From positions 1,532 through 65,531 of the forward strand of contig JAJYOI010000003.1 in NCBI GenBank assembly GCA_021796275.1: DNA of 64,000 nt, written 5' to 3'. The position numbers and the translations under genes are program-made. Positions 31,932 through 40,805 of the stretch are shown piece after piece. Position 1 is the first letter of the stretch, and each line of letters opens with the position of its first letter. The notes beneath the pieces are model-generated. The model saw nothing but the letters and a program-made list of their open reading frames with translations, was not told the DNA's origin and ran no database searches. Source of the stretch: Bacteroidota bacterium. GTDB lineage: Bacteria > Bacteroidota > Ignavibacteria > UBA10030 > UBA8401.

Positions 31932-32366
31932 TCAGGCAGATTTTTCCACCAACTCCTTCAGCGCATTTAATACCATTTTCCAATTTCCTTCCGAGTGATT
32001 CTTCTCTTCTTCCGTAGTATTATTATCCTGAATCACAGTAAGTGTTGTGCCTTGATCCGCAGGCGAAATCTTGTAAATAACTTTCTTGTAATTCTCCGGA
32101 TCATCTGCCAAACCCGACATGCCACTCCAATATGTTGTTTCAAGCAGCCGTTCTGAAACAATATTGAGTATTGTTCCTTTATCTTCGTACGCCTTCCCTT
32201 TCCACACGCCTCTGTAAATAATCGGGCTGCCAACTTTCCAATCTGAAATGGCTTCGGTGCCGAACAGATATTGCTTGATCATTTTAGGATCAATCAGCGC
32301 CTTCCACACTTTCGCTGCTGAAGCGTTGATCGTGACGGATTGAGTCGCAATAAACCCTGTGTTCAT
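31932..32366 (-). CDS. SRPBCC-superfamily (AHSA1/activator of Hsp90 ATPase-like) protein
   Basis: 144 aa, size and pattern typical of that fold. Confidence 0.5.
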   Translation of the reverse strand: MNTGFIATQSVTINASAAKVWKALIDPKMIKQYLFGTEAISDWKVGSPIIYRGVWKGKAYEDKGTILNIVSERLLETTYWSGMSGLADDPENYKKVIYKISPADQGTTLTVIQDNNTTEEEKNHSEGNWKMVLNALKELVEKSA

Positions 32367-32560
32367 CTAACCCTCCTTAATTAAAAGTGATATAATTCAG
32401 CCGCTCATCTGGATTGCGGCAAAAATGAATGAAGCAACTTATGAAGCATTGAACAAAAAAACAAACAACACTGTGCACATCATAGAATTAAAATCGATCT
32501 GCAAATTCTGAAAATTTCCATGGCTTTAAATCTTTAGAACGACAAGAAAAAAGTAGACGG

Positions 32561-32612
32561 ATTTGGACATTAAAGGAAATTCATCTAAAAGTTTTGGACT
32601 TTAGAGGAATTC
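32561..32612 (+). promoter_or_regulatory. Tandem direct repeats (candidate operator) upstream of the HTH-EIIA regulator gene
   Basis: ATTTGGACATTAAAGGAAATTC (32561..32582) and TTTTGGACTTTAGAGGAATTC (32592..32612), about 31 bp centre to centre. Confidence 0.4.
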
Positions 32613-32644
32613 TATGTAACTTTTTGATCAAAAGAAAGCGCCGT

Positions 32645-33334
32645 ATGGAATTGAAGATTAAGGATATCGTCGACCTTTTACAAGTTTCCGAAAAGACTGT
32701 CTACAGGTGGATCAAAGATAAAAAAATACCCTGTTATCGAATTAATCATCAGTATCGTTTCAATCGCACAGAAATTAATGAATGGATACTGAGCAGCAAA
32801 ATCGAACTGTCTTCTTCTCTTTTAAATTTATCAAGCTCTGGAAGACAAGACGATCTATCACAGCTTATAGAAAAAGGTGGAATTGTCTCTAATATTCCCG
32901 GTGAAAATGTTCGGGAAGCATTGCGAAATGCAATTCAAAGAATTAACACGCCGCAAAACATTCCGAAAGAAGAAATTCTCTCGGCTTTGTTAAGCAGGGA
33001 AGAAATGATGCCGACGGCAATCGGCAAAGGAATAGCAATTCCTCACCCGCGCAATCCCATCATTACCGATTTAAAAAATGCGAGCGTTTCAATTTGTTGC
33101 TTGGAGAAACCGGTTGATTTCGGTTCTTTGGACAATCTTCCGGTTCACACTCTTTTCATTTTACTCACGGCAACTCCGAAAATGCATTTAGAAGTGCTTT
33201 CTAAAATTTCGTACCTCTGCCAAGATGACTCCTTCTTAAATCTGCTGAAGGAACATGCGCAAAAAGAAATTATTTTGGACTATGTTCGCAAGAGAGAATT
33301 AGAGTGGCACAAGAAAGAGACGTTGAATAAATGA
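32645..33334 (+). CDS. Fusion regulator: excisionase/MerR-type HTH DNA-binding domain + PTS EIIA type-2 (PtsN/EIIA-Ntr-like) domain
   Basis: N-terminus LKIKDIVDLLQVSEKTVYRWIKDKKIPCYRINHQYRFNRTEINEWI (HTH_17-like). C-terminal domain with GKGIAIPHPRNP (phospho-His motif of EIIA-Ntr) and PVHTLFILLTATP. Start taken at ATG 32645 (MELKIK). Stop overlaps the start of the next gene. Confidence 0.6.
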   Translation: MELKIKDIVDLLQVSEKTVYRWIKDKKIPCYRINHQYRFNRTEINEWILSSKIELSSSLLNLSSSGRQDDLSQLIEKGGIVSNIPGENVREALRNAIQRINTPQNIPKEEILSALLSREEMMPTAIGKGIAIPHPRNPIITDLKNASVSICCLEKPVDFGSLDNLPVHTLFILLTATPKMHLEVLSKISYLCQDDSFLNLLKEHAQKEIILDYVRKRELEWHKKETLNK

Positions 33335-35313
33335 TAAGCTTCTTTGCGGGTACCGCGTTGTTTTTCGTTGGAGGGTTAGCCGCCATTGTTGTAAAAGGAA
33401 AATTCAAGGCGATGATGTTTTTAATTTTCGCAGTCCTTGCTGAATTTTTTCTTCTCCCTTCGATCGTCCGGATTTTACTGTATGGCGGCCAACTTGAAAC
33501 GCAGCTCGCTTTCTCTGGTCCGATTGGAATTTCATTTATCCGATTAGATCCGTTGGCGGCGCTGTTTGCGCTGATCATTTCTCTCGGCTCATTGCTTGCC
33601 GCAGTGTATTCCATCGGTTACATGAAAATGTATTCGGACGATACGGCAGAACTTTCATCCTATTATTTCTTTTTAGGGATGATGGTTTCTTCAATGCTTC
33701 TTGTCGTCGTCGTACAAAATGCGTTGCTCTTCCTCATTGTCTGGGAATTGATGTCGCTTGCCTCGTTCTTTCTTGTAAGCTTTGAACACAAAAAAGAGGA
33801 CGTGAGAAAAGCCGGACTCTATTACCTCGTTGCCATGCAAATTGGAGCGGCATGTTTGCTTGCTGCGTTTGGTTGGTCGTCTGCAATTACCGGCTCACTC
33901 GATTTTAATTCTTTTAAAAGCGTTGCCGTCAATTCAGGCAGTAATTCAGTCTTTCTCTTTATTCTTTTCTTATTTGGATTCGGCACGAAAGCCGGTTTCG
34001 TTCCTTTACATACGTGGCTGCCGAAAGCACATCCAGCGGCTCCAAGTGGAGTTTCCGCGTTGATGTCCGGCGTTATGATCAAAACCGGCATTTATGGAAT
34101 TCTGAGAATTCTTTTGCTGTTCGGTGTTCCAGACTTACGACTCGCATACGGAATTTTTATCCTTTCAATAGTCACCGGAATTTATGGCGTCGCAAATGCC
34201 ATCGCGCAGCACGATCTGAAAAAATTACTTGCCTATCATAGTATAGAAAATATAGGTATCATCGGCATGGGAATCGGTGTTGGTATGCTTGGCTTGGCAT
34301 ACAACAATACGCTTGTTGCGGCACTGGGTTTTCTCGGAGCTTTGCTGCACACGTTTAATCATTTTACTTTTAAGAGCGTTTTGTTTTATGGCGCCGGAAT
34401 AGTGTACTCGCAAACTCATACAAGAGAAATTGAAAAGCTCGGCGGCCTCAATAAATATTTGCCGTTCACCTCCGTTCTTTTTTTGATTGCTTCACTTGCA
34501 ATCAGCGGCATGCCGCTGCTCAGCGGGTTCATTAGTGAGTTTGCAATTTTTCTTGGCATTGCGAGAAGCTTTTCTATCACTGCCCTCCCGATTAATATTG
34601 CTGCTTTATTAGGAATGTCCGGCTTAGCACTTATCGGAGCGATGGCTCTTTTGTGTTTCACCAAAGTCTATGGAATTTGTTTCCTCGGTTCACCACGATC
34701 AGAATTTCATTTTGTACCTTCAGAAAAAGAATCGTCGCTTCTTATCCCGATGATTATTTTGGATCTCTTCATTATTGCGATCGGTGTTCTTCCAATGCTT
34801 TCAGTTGTCGTGCTCGGCCATATCGTTGCGCAGTTTGTACCGAGTGTTTCAATCACCGCACTGCCGGAAATTATTTCACTGATGACGAAAGTATCCATCA
34901 CAATGGCTCTATTCATTTTCATAATTATTTTCTTCTTTGTCATAAGAACTGTTTTACTAAGGAAAAGAAGAGTGCAAGCCTTCAAAACGTGGAATTGCGG
35001 CTATCAGGGGGAAAGCAGCCGTCTTCAATACACGGCAAGTTCCTTCGCTCAACCATTCTTGCAATTGACTGCAGAATTAGTTCAGCAAAAAGTCCACATC
35101 CACAAAGAGCAAGTGCTCTTCCCTGCGCACGCGTCTTTTGAAAGTCATGCTCAGGATTTTTCAGAGCGATTGCTCATTCAGCCATCCATCCGCTTGCTGA
35201 ATAAATTCCTGAATAAATTCTCATGGATTCAAAGCGGAAGAATGCAACAATACATCATCTACGGATTGATCTTTCTCGTTGCGCTTCTTATCTGGATTTG
35301 GAGCGGCAAATGA
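33331..35313 (+). CDS. HyfB/HycC/NuoL-like antiporter-type membrane subunit of a group-4-hydrogenase-like complex
   Basis: 660 aa, about 16 TM helices. WLPKAHPAAPSGVSALMSGVMIKTG proton-pumping subunit motif and a C-terminal extension as in HyfB. Confidence 0.8.
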   Translation: MISFFAGTALFFVGGLAAIVVKGKFKAMMFLIFAVLAEFFLLPSIVRILLYGGQLETQLAFSGPIGISFIRLDPLAALFALIISLGSLLAAVYSIGYMKMYSDDTAELSSYYFFLGMMVSSMLLVVVVQNALLFLIVWELMSLASFFLVSFEHKKEDVRKAGLYYLVAMQIGAACLLAAFGWSSAITGSLDFNSFKSVAVNSGSNSVFLFILFLFGFGTKAGFVPLHTWLPKAHPAAPSGVSALMSGVMIKTGIYGILRILLLFGVPDLRLAYGIFILSIVTGIYGVANAIAQHDLKKLLAYHSIENIGIIGMGIGVGMLGLAYNNTLVAALGFLGALLHTFNHFTFKSVLFYGAGIVYSQTHTREIEKLGGLNKYLPFTSVLFLIASLAISGMPLLSGFISEFAIFLGIARSFSITALPINIAALLGMSGLALIGAMALLCFTKVYGICFLGSPRSEFHFVPSEKESSLLIPMIILDLFIIAIGVLPMLSVVVLGHIVAQFVPSVSITALPEIISLMTKVSITMALFIFIIIFFFVIRTVLLRKRRVQAFKTWNCGYQGESSRLQYTASSFAQPFLQLTAELVQQKVHIHKEQVLFPAHASFESHAQDFSERLLIQPSIRLLNKFLNKFSWIQSGRMQQYIIYGLIFLVALLIWIWSGK

Positions 35314-36230
35314 TGATCAAGGCATTTGTCTTTGTGGCGGCGGCGCTTTCACCGTTTTTTTTCATCGGCATCGTTAATAAAACCAAGGCTCTTTGGGCAG
35401 GCAGAAAAGGCGCGTCGGTTTTTCAGCCGTACTACGATTTTTCTAAGCTGCTTTACAAAGGAGAAGTAATTAGTAAGACGACTTCTTTTGTTTTCAAAAT
35501 AGCTCCTTCAATAAATATTGCAGCAGTACTCTTTGCAATGTTATTTATTCCAATTCCTTTTATCGGATCAATCATAAGCTTTCCCGGTGACTTTATTGTA
35601 TTCACCTATACGCTTGCATTGGCGAAATTTATGCTCGTCCTTGCCGCTTTAGACACAGGGAGCAGTTTTGAAGGAATGGGAGCGAGCAGAGAAGTGACGT
35701 TTTCAGCGCTGGTCGAGATGGCATTTTTTATTATTCTCGGCACGCTCGCATTATTGAGCAGCCAGATTTCATTCCAAGCACTGTTTACAATGCTGACCGT
35801 TAGCGCGGGTTATTCACTGTTAGTAAAAATTCTTTTAGTCGCTTCCTTCTTTATTATGCTTTTAGCAGAAGGCAGCCGCGTTCCGGTTGACGATCCAAAC
35901 ACGCACCTCGAGCTTACAATGATCCATGAAGTGATGATCCTCGATTACTCCGGTCCCGATTTGGCTTTTATGGTGTATGCCGCAGGGATGAAGATGCTGC
36001 TCATCGCGCTGTTGATTGCAGACTTATGTATTCCGCCAAATTTACCAGTGATGGCAGCACTTTCGCTCTTCATCGGAGTTCTGATTCTTATTTATATATC
36101 CGTCGGAGCGGTTGAATCGTTAATCGCACGCTCACGAATGTCGCATGTTCCGCAATTTATTTTTCTTATGACGGCTCTTTCTTTGACAGCGTTCGCCGTA
36201 GTAACATTCTTTCTGCGCGGAGGAATGTGA
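35310..36230 (+). CDS. HycD/HyfC/NuoH-like membrane subunit
   Basis: Start at MMIKAF (ATGA overlap with the upstream stop). KALWAGRKGASVFQPYYDFSKLLYKGEV matches the NuoH/HycD N-terminal signature. Confidence 0.75.
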   Translation: MMIKAFVFVAAALSPFFFIGIVNKTKALWAGRKGASVFQPYYDFSKLLYKGEVISKTTSFVFKIAPSINIAAVLFAMLFIPIPFIGSIISFPGDFIVFTYTLALAKFMLVLAALDTGSSFEGMGASREVTFSALVEMAFFIILGTLALLSSQISFQALFTMLTVSAGYSLLVKILLVASFFIMLLAEGSRVPVDDPNTHLELTMIHEVMILDYSGPDLAFMVYAAGMKMLLIALLIADLCIPPNLPVMAALSLFIGVLILIYISVGAVESLIARSRMSHVPQFIFLMTALSLTAFAVVTFFLRGGM

Positions 36231-36865
36231 TGGCTGATATTTTGATAATTCTTCTCGGCACAAGTATGCTGTATGTTTTCGCCGTTAGCCGGATTGAAGC
36301 ATATGTGAAAACCCTCGCCGTGCAGGGATTCCTTCTTTTCCTCCTTGTCATCGTCGGCATGAAAGAAATCAGTTGGTTCAACATTGCATTTCTCGGCATG
36401 GAAACATTAGTGATCAAAGCTATCCTTATTCCGTATTTCCTCTTGACCGTCATTCGCAAAAATGAAATTGGACGGGAAGTAGAGCCGTATATTACGCAAT
36501 TCTATTCTATCTTCATTGCAAGCGGAATTATTGTTTTCGGATTTGTTGCTGCATTTTGGGCGGCTAAAACAGGCACAGGCATCAAGCCACTCTACTTCGG
36601 CGTTTCTATTATGTTTATTGTCTCCAGTCTCTTTTTGATCGTTAACCGCAAAACGATCATTACACATATTCTCTGTTATATGATGCTGGAGAATGGAATA
36701 TTTCTGCTCTCGCTTTCTGTTGCAAACGAATTACCGCTGTTGGTCAACCTCGGCGTCTTACTCGATCTGTTTGTAGGCGTATATCTCTTTGTCATCTTCT
36801 TTAATAAAATTCAAGAAATGTACGACGGCAGCCATATTGATGATCTTACAGAATTGAAGGATTGA
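36227..36865 (+). CDS. HyfE-like small membrane subunit
   Basis: 212 aa polytopic, in the position and size of HyfE. ATGA overlap. Confidence 0.5.
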   Translation: MMADILIILLGTSMLYVFAVSRIEAYVKTLAVQGFLLFLLVIVGMKEISWFNIAFLGMETLVIKAILIPYFLLTVIRKNEIGREVEPYITQFYSIFIASGIIVFGFVAAFWAAKTGTGIKPLYFGVSIMFIVSSLFLIVNRKTIITHILCYMMLENGIFLLSLSVANELPLLVNLGVLLDLFVGVYLFVIFFNKIQEMYDGSHIDDLTELKD

Positions 36866-38298
36866 TGATGATTGGTGTTGTGCTTCTTCTGCCGATAGCG
36901 TTAGGATTATTGAGCGTGCTGACTAAAAATAAAATTGTCAATCGCATAGCGCTGATTGGCTCTGCGGTTGTGTATGTTGTTGTTGCGGCAGCGCGGTGGA
37001 TGAATGTGGAGTGGGACTGGCTGCCCGCCTGGCTTTTAACCTACTTTCAATTTGATACCATCGGACTTTACTTTTTTTCCGTCATGGCGATAGTGTACGG
37101 CAGCGTTGCAGCGTACAGCATATTCTATTTTAAAGAGCACAACTTATCGGGAAAACAAGAATCCATTTATGTCATTGAGATTTTATTCTTCATCGTTGCA
37201 ATGACCGGAGTTATTCTCTCAACTCATCTTGCTTTACTGTGGGTGTTTGTTGAAGCGACGACATTAATAAGCGCACTGTTGATTTATTTCGAAAAGAAAA
37301 AATCGTCACTCGAAGCTGCATGGAAGTATGTCTTTATTTGCTCCATCGGAATCGCGCTGGCGTTTGTCGGCATTATTATTCTCTCCATCGGCAGCCGGCA
37401 TATAGATTCGCTGTTCTTCAAAGATTTATATGCGCGCGCTTCAGAAATAAATCCGTTTTGGCTCAAAGCATCGTTTGCATTTATTTTTGTCGGATTGGGA
37501 ACAAAAATCGGCGTTGCCCCGATCCATGCATGGCTGCCCGACGCGCATTCCGAAGCGCCTTCCCCGGTATCAGCTCTGCTTTCCGGAGCGCTGCTGAATT
37601 CTGCTTTTCTTGGATTGCTTCGCGTCCAGGGAATATTTATTCATGCCGGATTAGACGGCTTCTCAAACTTTCTTTTTCTCATCACCGGTTTTCTTTCGTT
37701 GATGGTGAGCGCCGTCTTCATGCTGAGACTGAAGAACTATAAAAGAATGCTCGCCTATTCTTCGATAGAAAATATGGGCTTTCTTTTCATTGGTGTCTCG
37801 CTTGGCAAATATGGTTTTTTTGCCGTTCTTCTGCATACGCTGTCTCATTCTCTTTCGAAAGCATCACTGTTCATGACGTCGGGTAATATTTTGCATCTCT
37901 ATAAAACTAAAAAAATTGATGAAGTAAACGGATTGCTCAAAACAGATCCGCGCACAGGCTGGCTGTGGATCACTGCTACGCTCGCCATTATCGGCTTCCC
38001 TCCGTTTCCTGCTTTCATCAGTAAATTTCTCATTATACAGGCATTTTGGTTAAACGGCATGTATTGGCTTGCCGCTCCGCTGTTCTTGTTTTTGCTGGTG
38101 ATCACTTTCGGCATGGGCGGTGCTGTATTTAAAATGTCTTTTGGTGAAGCGCAAGAATCAACTACAATAAATCAGAAAATAATGATGCACGCCTATGCAC
38201 CGCAATTCGTTTTGCTTTTGATTCTCATTGTTCTTGGAACTAATATGCCCAAACAAGTGCTTAATTTTTTGAACGGCACTGCCGGTTTTTTTCAATAA
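36862..38298 (+). CDS. HyfF/NuoN/NuoM-like antiporter-type membrane subunit
   Basis: 478 aa. WLPDAHSEAPSPVSALLSGALLNSAFLGLLRV motif. Confidence 0.75.
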   Translation: MMMIGVVLLLPIALGLLSVLTKNKIVNRIALIGSAVVYVVVAAARWMNVEWDWLPAWLLTYFQFDTIGLYFFSVMAIVYGSVAAYSIFYFKEHNLSGKQESIYVIEILFFIVAMTGVILSTHLALLWVFVEATTLISALLIYFEKKKSSLEAAWKYVFICSIGIALAFVGIIILSIGSRHIDSLFFKDLYARASEINPFWLKASFAFIFVGLGTKIGVAPIHAWLPDAHSEAPSPVSALLSGALLNSAFLGLLRVQGIFIHAGLDGFSNFLFLITGFLSLMVSAVFMLRLKNYKRMLAYSSIENMGFLFIGVSLGKYGFFAVLLHTLSHSLSKASLFMTSGNILHLYKTKKIDEVNGLLKTDPRTGWLWITATLAIIGFPPFPAFISKFLIIQAFWLNGMYWLAAPLFLFLLVITFGMGGAVFKMSFGEAQESTTINQKIMMHAYAPQFVLLLILIVLGTNMPKQVLNFLNGTAGFFQ

Positions 38299-38307
38299 GC
38301 GGAGTAA

Positions 38308-39798
38308 TTGTTGAACTGGATTGAGATAAAAAATTTACAAGCAATACCGTTAGACGAAATACCGCGTCTCGCTCTCGACGATTTGCGAAATCAGACGGCA
38401 GAGAAAATTAAAAGCGGAAAAAGGCTGGTTCAATTCTTTGGCGATACGGAATCTGATGCAATAACTATTTACGCAATTGTTGCTGACGATAACAATTCAA
38501 AGCTCTGTATCTCTTCTTCGAAAACTAAACCTGAGCAGACTTATTGCTCCATGACGCCCGAAATCCCTTCGGCTTCGTTATTCGAACGCGAACTATACGA
38601 GCTATGCAGAATCACACCCGAAGGGCACCCTTGGCTCAAACCTGTTCGGAAAGGAGTTGCCGGAATTGACCGAAGCGAAATTCCGTATAGATTTTTCAGC
38701 ATGAGCGGCGAGGAAGTTCACGAGGTCGGCGTTGGTCCTATTCATGCTGGAATAATCGAGCCAGGACATTTCAGGTTTTCTTGCCACGGCGAAAAGATCT
38801 TTCATCTTGAAATTGAACTCGGCTTTCAGCATCGCGGAGTTGAAGCACTCTTCATCAAGAACAACAATCGCCCTGCCTATCTCGAAAAACTATCGGAATC
38901 AATCGCCGGTGATACTGTCATCGGACATTGCGGAACATTCGTCCGTGCAATGGAATCCGCGGCGAACATTTTGGTTTCGCGCTCTGCAAAAACGATACGG
39001 ACTATTGCACTTGAACTGGAGCGGATTGCAATTCATTTGGGTGATTTGTCCGCGCTGTCCGGAGATGTTGCGTACCTGACAGGTAATTCCGTTTTCGGTG
39101 CGCTTCGCACAAAAGTGATCAACACAACAATGGCAATGTGCGGAAACCGGTTTGGCAGAGGATTACTCACAATGGGAGGAGTCAACTACGGCATTTCTCC
39201 AAAACTAAAAGAGAAAATTGTATCAACGCTCGATGAACTTGATGATGCTGTGCTTCTCGCAGGAGAAGTTCTGTTTTCGTCGGCATCGACGCTGGAGCGA
39301 TTTGAAAAAACGGGAATTGTCGAAAAAGAAACGACAATTGAAATTGGCATGGTGGGCCCTGCCGCGCGGGCAAGCGGAGTTGCCATTGATGTCCGCGCCG
39401 ACCATCCATTCGGTGGTTATGAATATTTCCCCGTCCATAAGTTGACATTAGACAGCGGCGACGTCTTTGCACGAGCCTATATTCGCTTTGTTGAAATTCA
39501 GCAATCGCTTAAAATTCTTCGTGAGCAATTGAACAATCTTTCCGAAAGTGAGTTGAAGAAAACTTTAGCCGCGCTTCAGCCAAATCGTTTCGTCGTTTCT
39601 CTCACTGAAGGATGGCGCGGCGAGATCGCTCACGTGCTTCGCACAGATCGTGACGGAAAGATCAAATGTCTGAAAATCAAAGACCCGTCGTTTAACAATT
39701 GGTTAGCTGTAGCGCTTGCTGTTCGCGAGGAAGGAATTTCCGACTTCCCTTTGTGCAACAAGAGTTTTAATCTTTCCTATTGCGGCTTTGATTTGTAA
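38308..39798 (+). CDS. NuoCD/HycE-like large subunit lacking the [NiFe]-site cysteines (Ehr-type)
   Basis: 496 aa. GPIHAGIIEPGHFRF…HLEIELGFQHRGVE conserved core. L1 position reads ESIAGDTVIGH instead of RxCGxCxxxH. C-terminal motif reads DPSFNNW instead of DPCxxC. Confidence 0.75.
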   Translation: MLNWIEIKNLQAIPLDEIPRLALDDLRNQTAEKIKSGKRLVQFFGDTESDAITIYAIVADDNNSKLCISSSKTKPEQTYCSMTPEIPSASLFERELYELCRITPEGHPWLKPVRKGVAGIDRSEIPYRFFSMSGEEVHEVGVGPIHAGIIEPGHFRFSCHGEKIFHLEIELGFQHRGVEALFIKNNNRPAYLEKLSESIAGDTVIGHCGTFVRAMESAANILVSRSAKTIRTIALELERIAIHLGDLSALSGDVAYLTGNSVFGALRTKVINTTMAMCGNRFGRGLLTMGGVNYGISPKLKEKIVSTLDELDDAVLLAGEVLFSSASTLERFEKTGIVEKETTIEIGMVGPAARASGVAIDVRADHPFGGYEYFPVHKLTLDSGDVFARAYIRFVEIQQSLKILREQLNNLSESELKKTLAALQPNRFVVSLTEGWRGEIAHVLRTDRDGKIKCLKIKDPSFNNWLAVALAVREEGISDFPLCNKSFNLSYCGFDL

Positions 39799-39815
39799 AA
39801 CTATTTCGGTGAAGA

Positions 39816-40574
39816 ATGCTTGACCTGATAAAACTGAGAAAGCGTCACGGCTTTCAGGCAATTGCCGATGTTCGGAATGCGGCGGTGATGGAAACGCATC
39901 GCGGCTTCCCAATCATTGATGAAACAAAATATACCGATGATTGGCAAAAAGTTGCCGATGTATGCCCGACGAAAGCAATCACGACACATCCGGCTGCAAT
40001 CGATCTTGGAAAATGCATCTTTTGCGGCGAGTGTGAACGCGCATCAAACGGAGCGATCCGTTTCAGCAATGATCATAAAATTGCAGCATCGAAGAAAGAA
40101 CATCTCGTTATTGCTTCGGGAACAACGTATGCGGAATATCGTGCATCGGCAATAGAGGCACGTGAAAAAATACATAGCATGTTCGGCCGCTCTCTGAAGC
40201 TCAGGCAGGTTTCCGCCGGCGGATGCAACGGCTGCGAAATGGAATTGGCGGCATGCGGAAATGTAAATTTTGACATGGGGCGCTTCGGCATTGACTTCGT
40301 CGCTTCGCCGCGCCATGCCGATGGCATTGTCATCACAGGGCCTATCACAAAAAACATGGCGCTGGCTTTATCGGATGCGTACAAAAGCATCAGCGAGCCA
40401 AAAATTGTTATTGCCGTCGGCGCGTGTACGATTAGCGGCGGCGTGTTTGCAGATTCGGGGGAAACCAATCGTGAATTCATTAACACGGTAAAAATTGACT
40501 TGTTTATTCCCGGCTGCCCGCCTCATCCTCTCACTATCATTAATGCAATTTTAGATTTCATCGGAAAAAAGTAA
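39816..40574 (+). CDS. NuoB/HycG/HyfI-like small subunit with N-terminal ferredoxin-like (single 4Fe-4S) extension
   Basis: GGCNGCEME, GACTISGG and GCPP cluster ligands are present. The N-terminal ~90 aa carry CPTKAI…GKCIFCGECE. Confidence 0.75.
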   Translation: MLDLIKLRKRHGFQAIADVRNAAVMETHRGFPIIDETKYTDDWQKVADVCPTKAITTHPAAIDLGKCIFCGECERASNGAIRFSNDHKIAASKKEHLVIASGTTYAEYRASAIEAREKIHSMFGRSLKLRQVSAGGCNGCEMELAACGNVNFDMGRFGIDFVASPRHADGIVITGPITKNMALALSDAYKSISEPKIVIAVGACTISGGVFADSGETNREFINTVKIDLFIPGCPPHPLTIINAILDFIGKK

Positions 40575-40805
40575 GACGCCTGTCATTCCCTCTTCTTTTT
40601 CCTTCCTTCATCCTGTCCAACACGAGAAAGTATTATCTTCCGCTGTGTACTTATTACTCGCTTTAGATGTGTAATCTTCGTCATAAATAAAATAGAATCC
40701 GGAACTTTCAAATTTACAGTGGAGTTAATGCTAGAGATACTATCTCGCAGGCGCGGGGGTACATCGTCGGATAAATTTGCTGGAAGATAATTTTTGTGAG
40801 ATGAA

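Noticed and set aside
38308-39798. Calling the large subunit a [NiFe] hydrogenase (HycE/HyfG)
   Set aside because: Both cysteine pairs that bind Ni-Fe are absent, so only the fold is hydrogenase-like.
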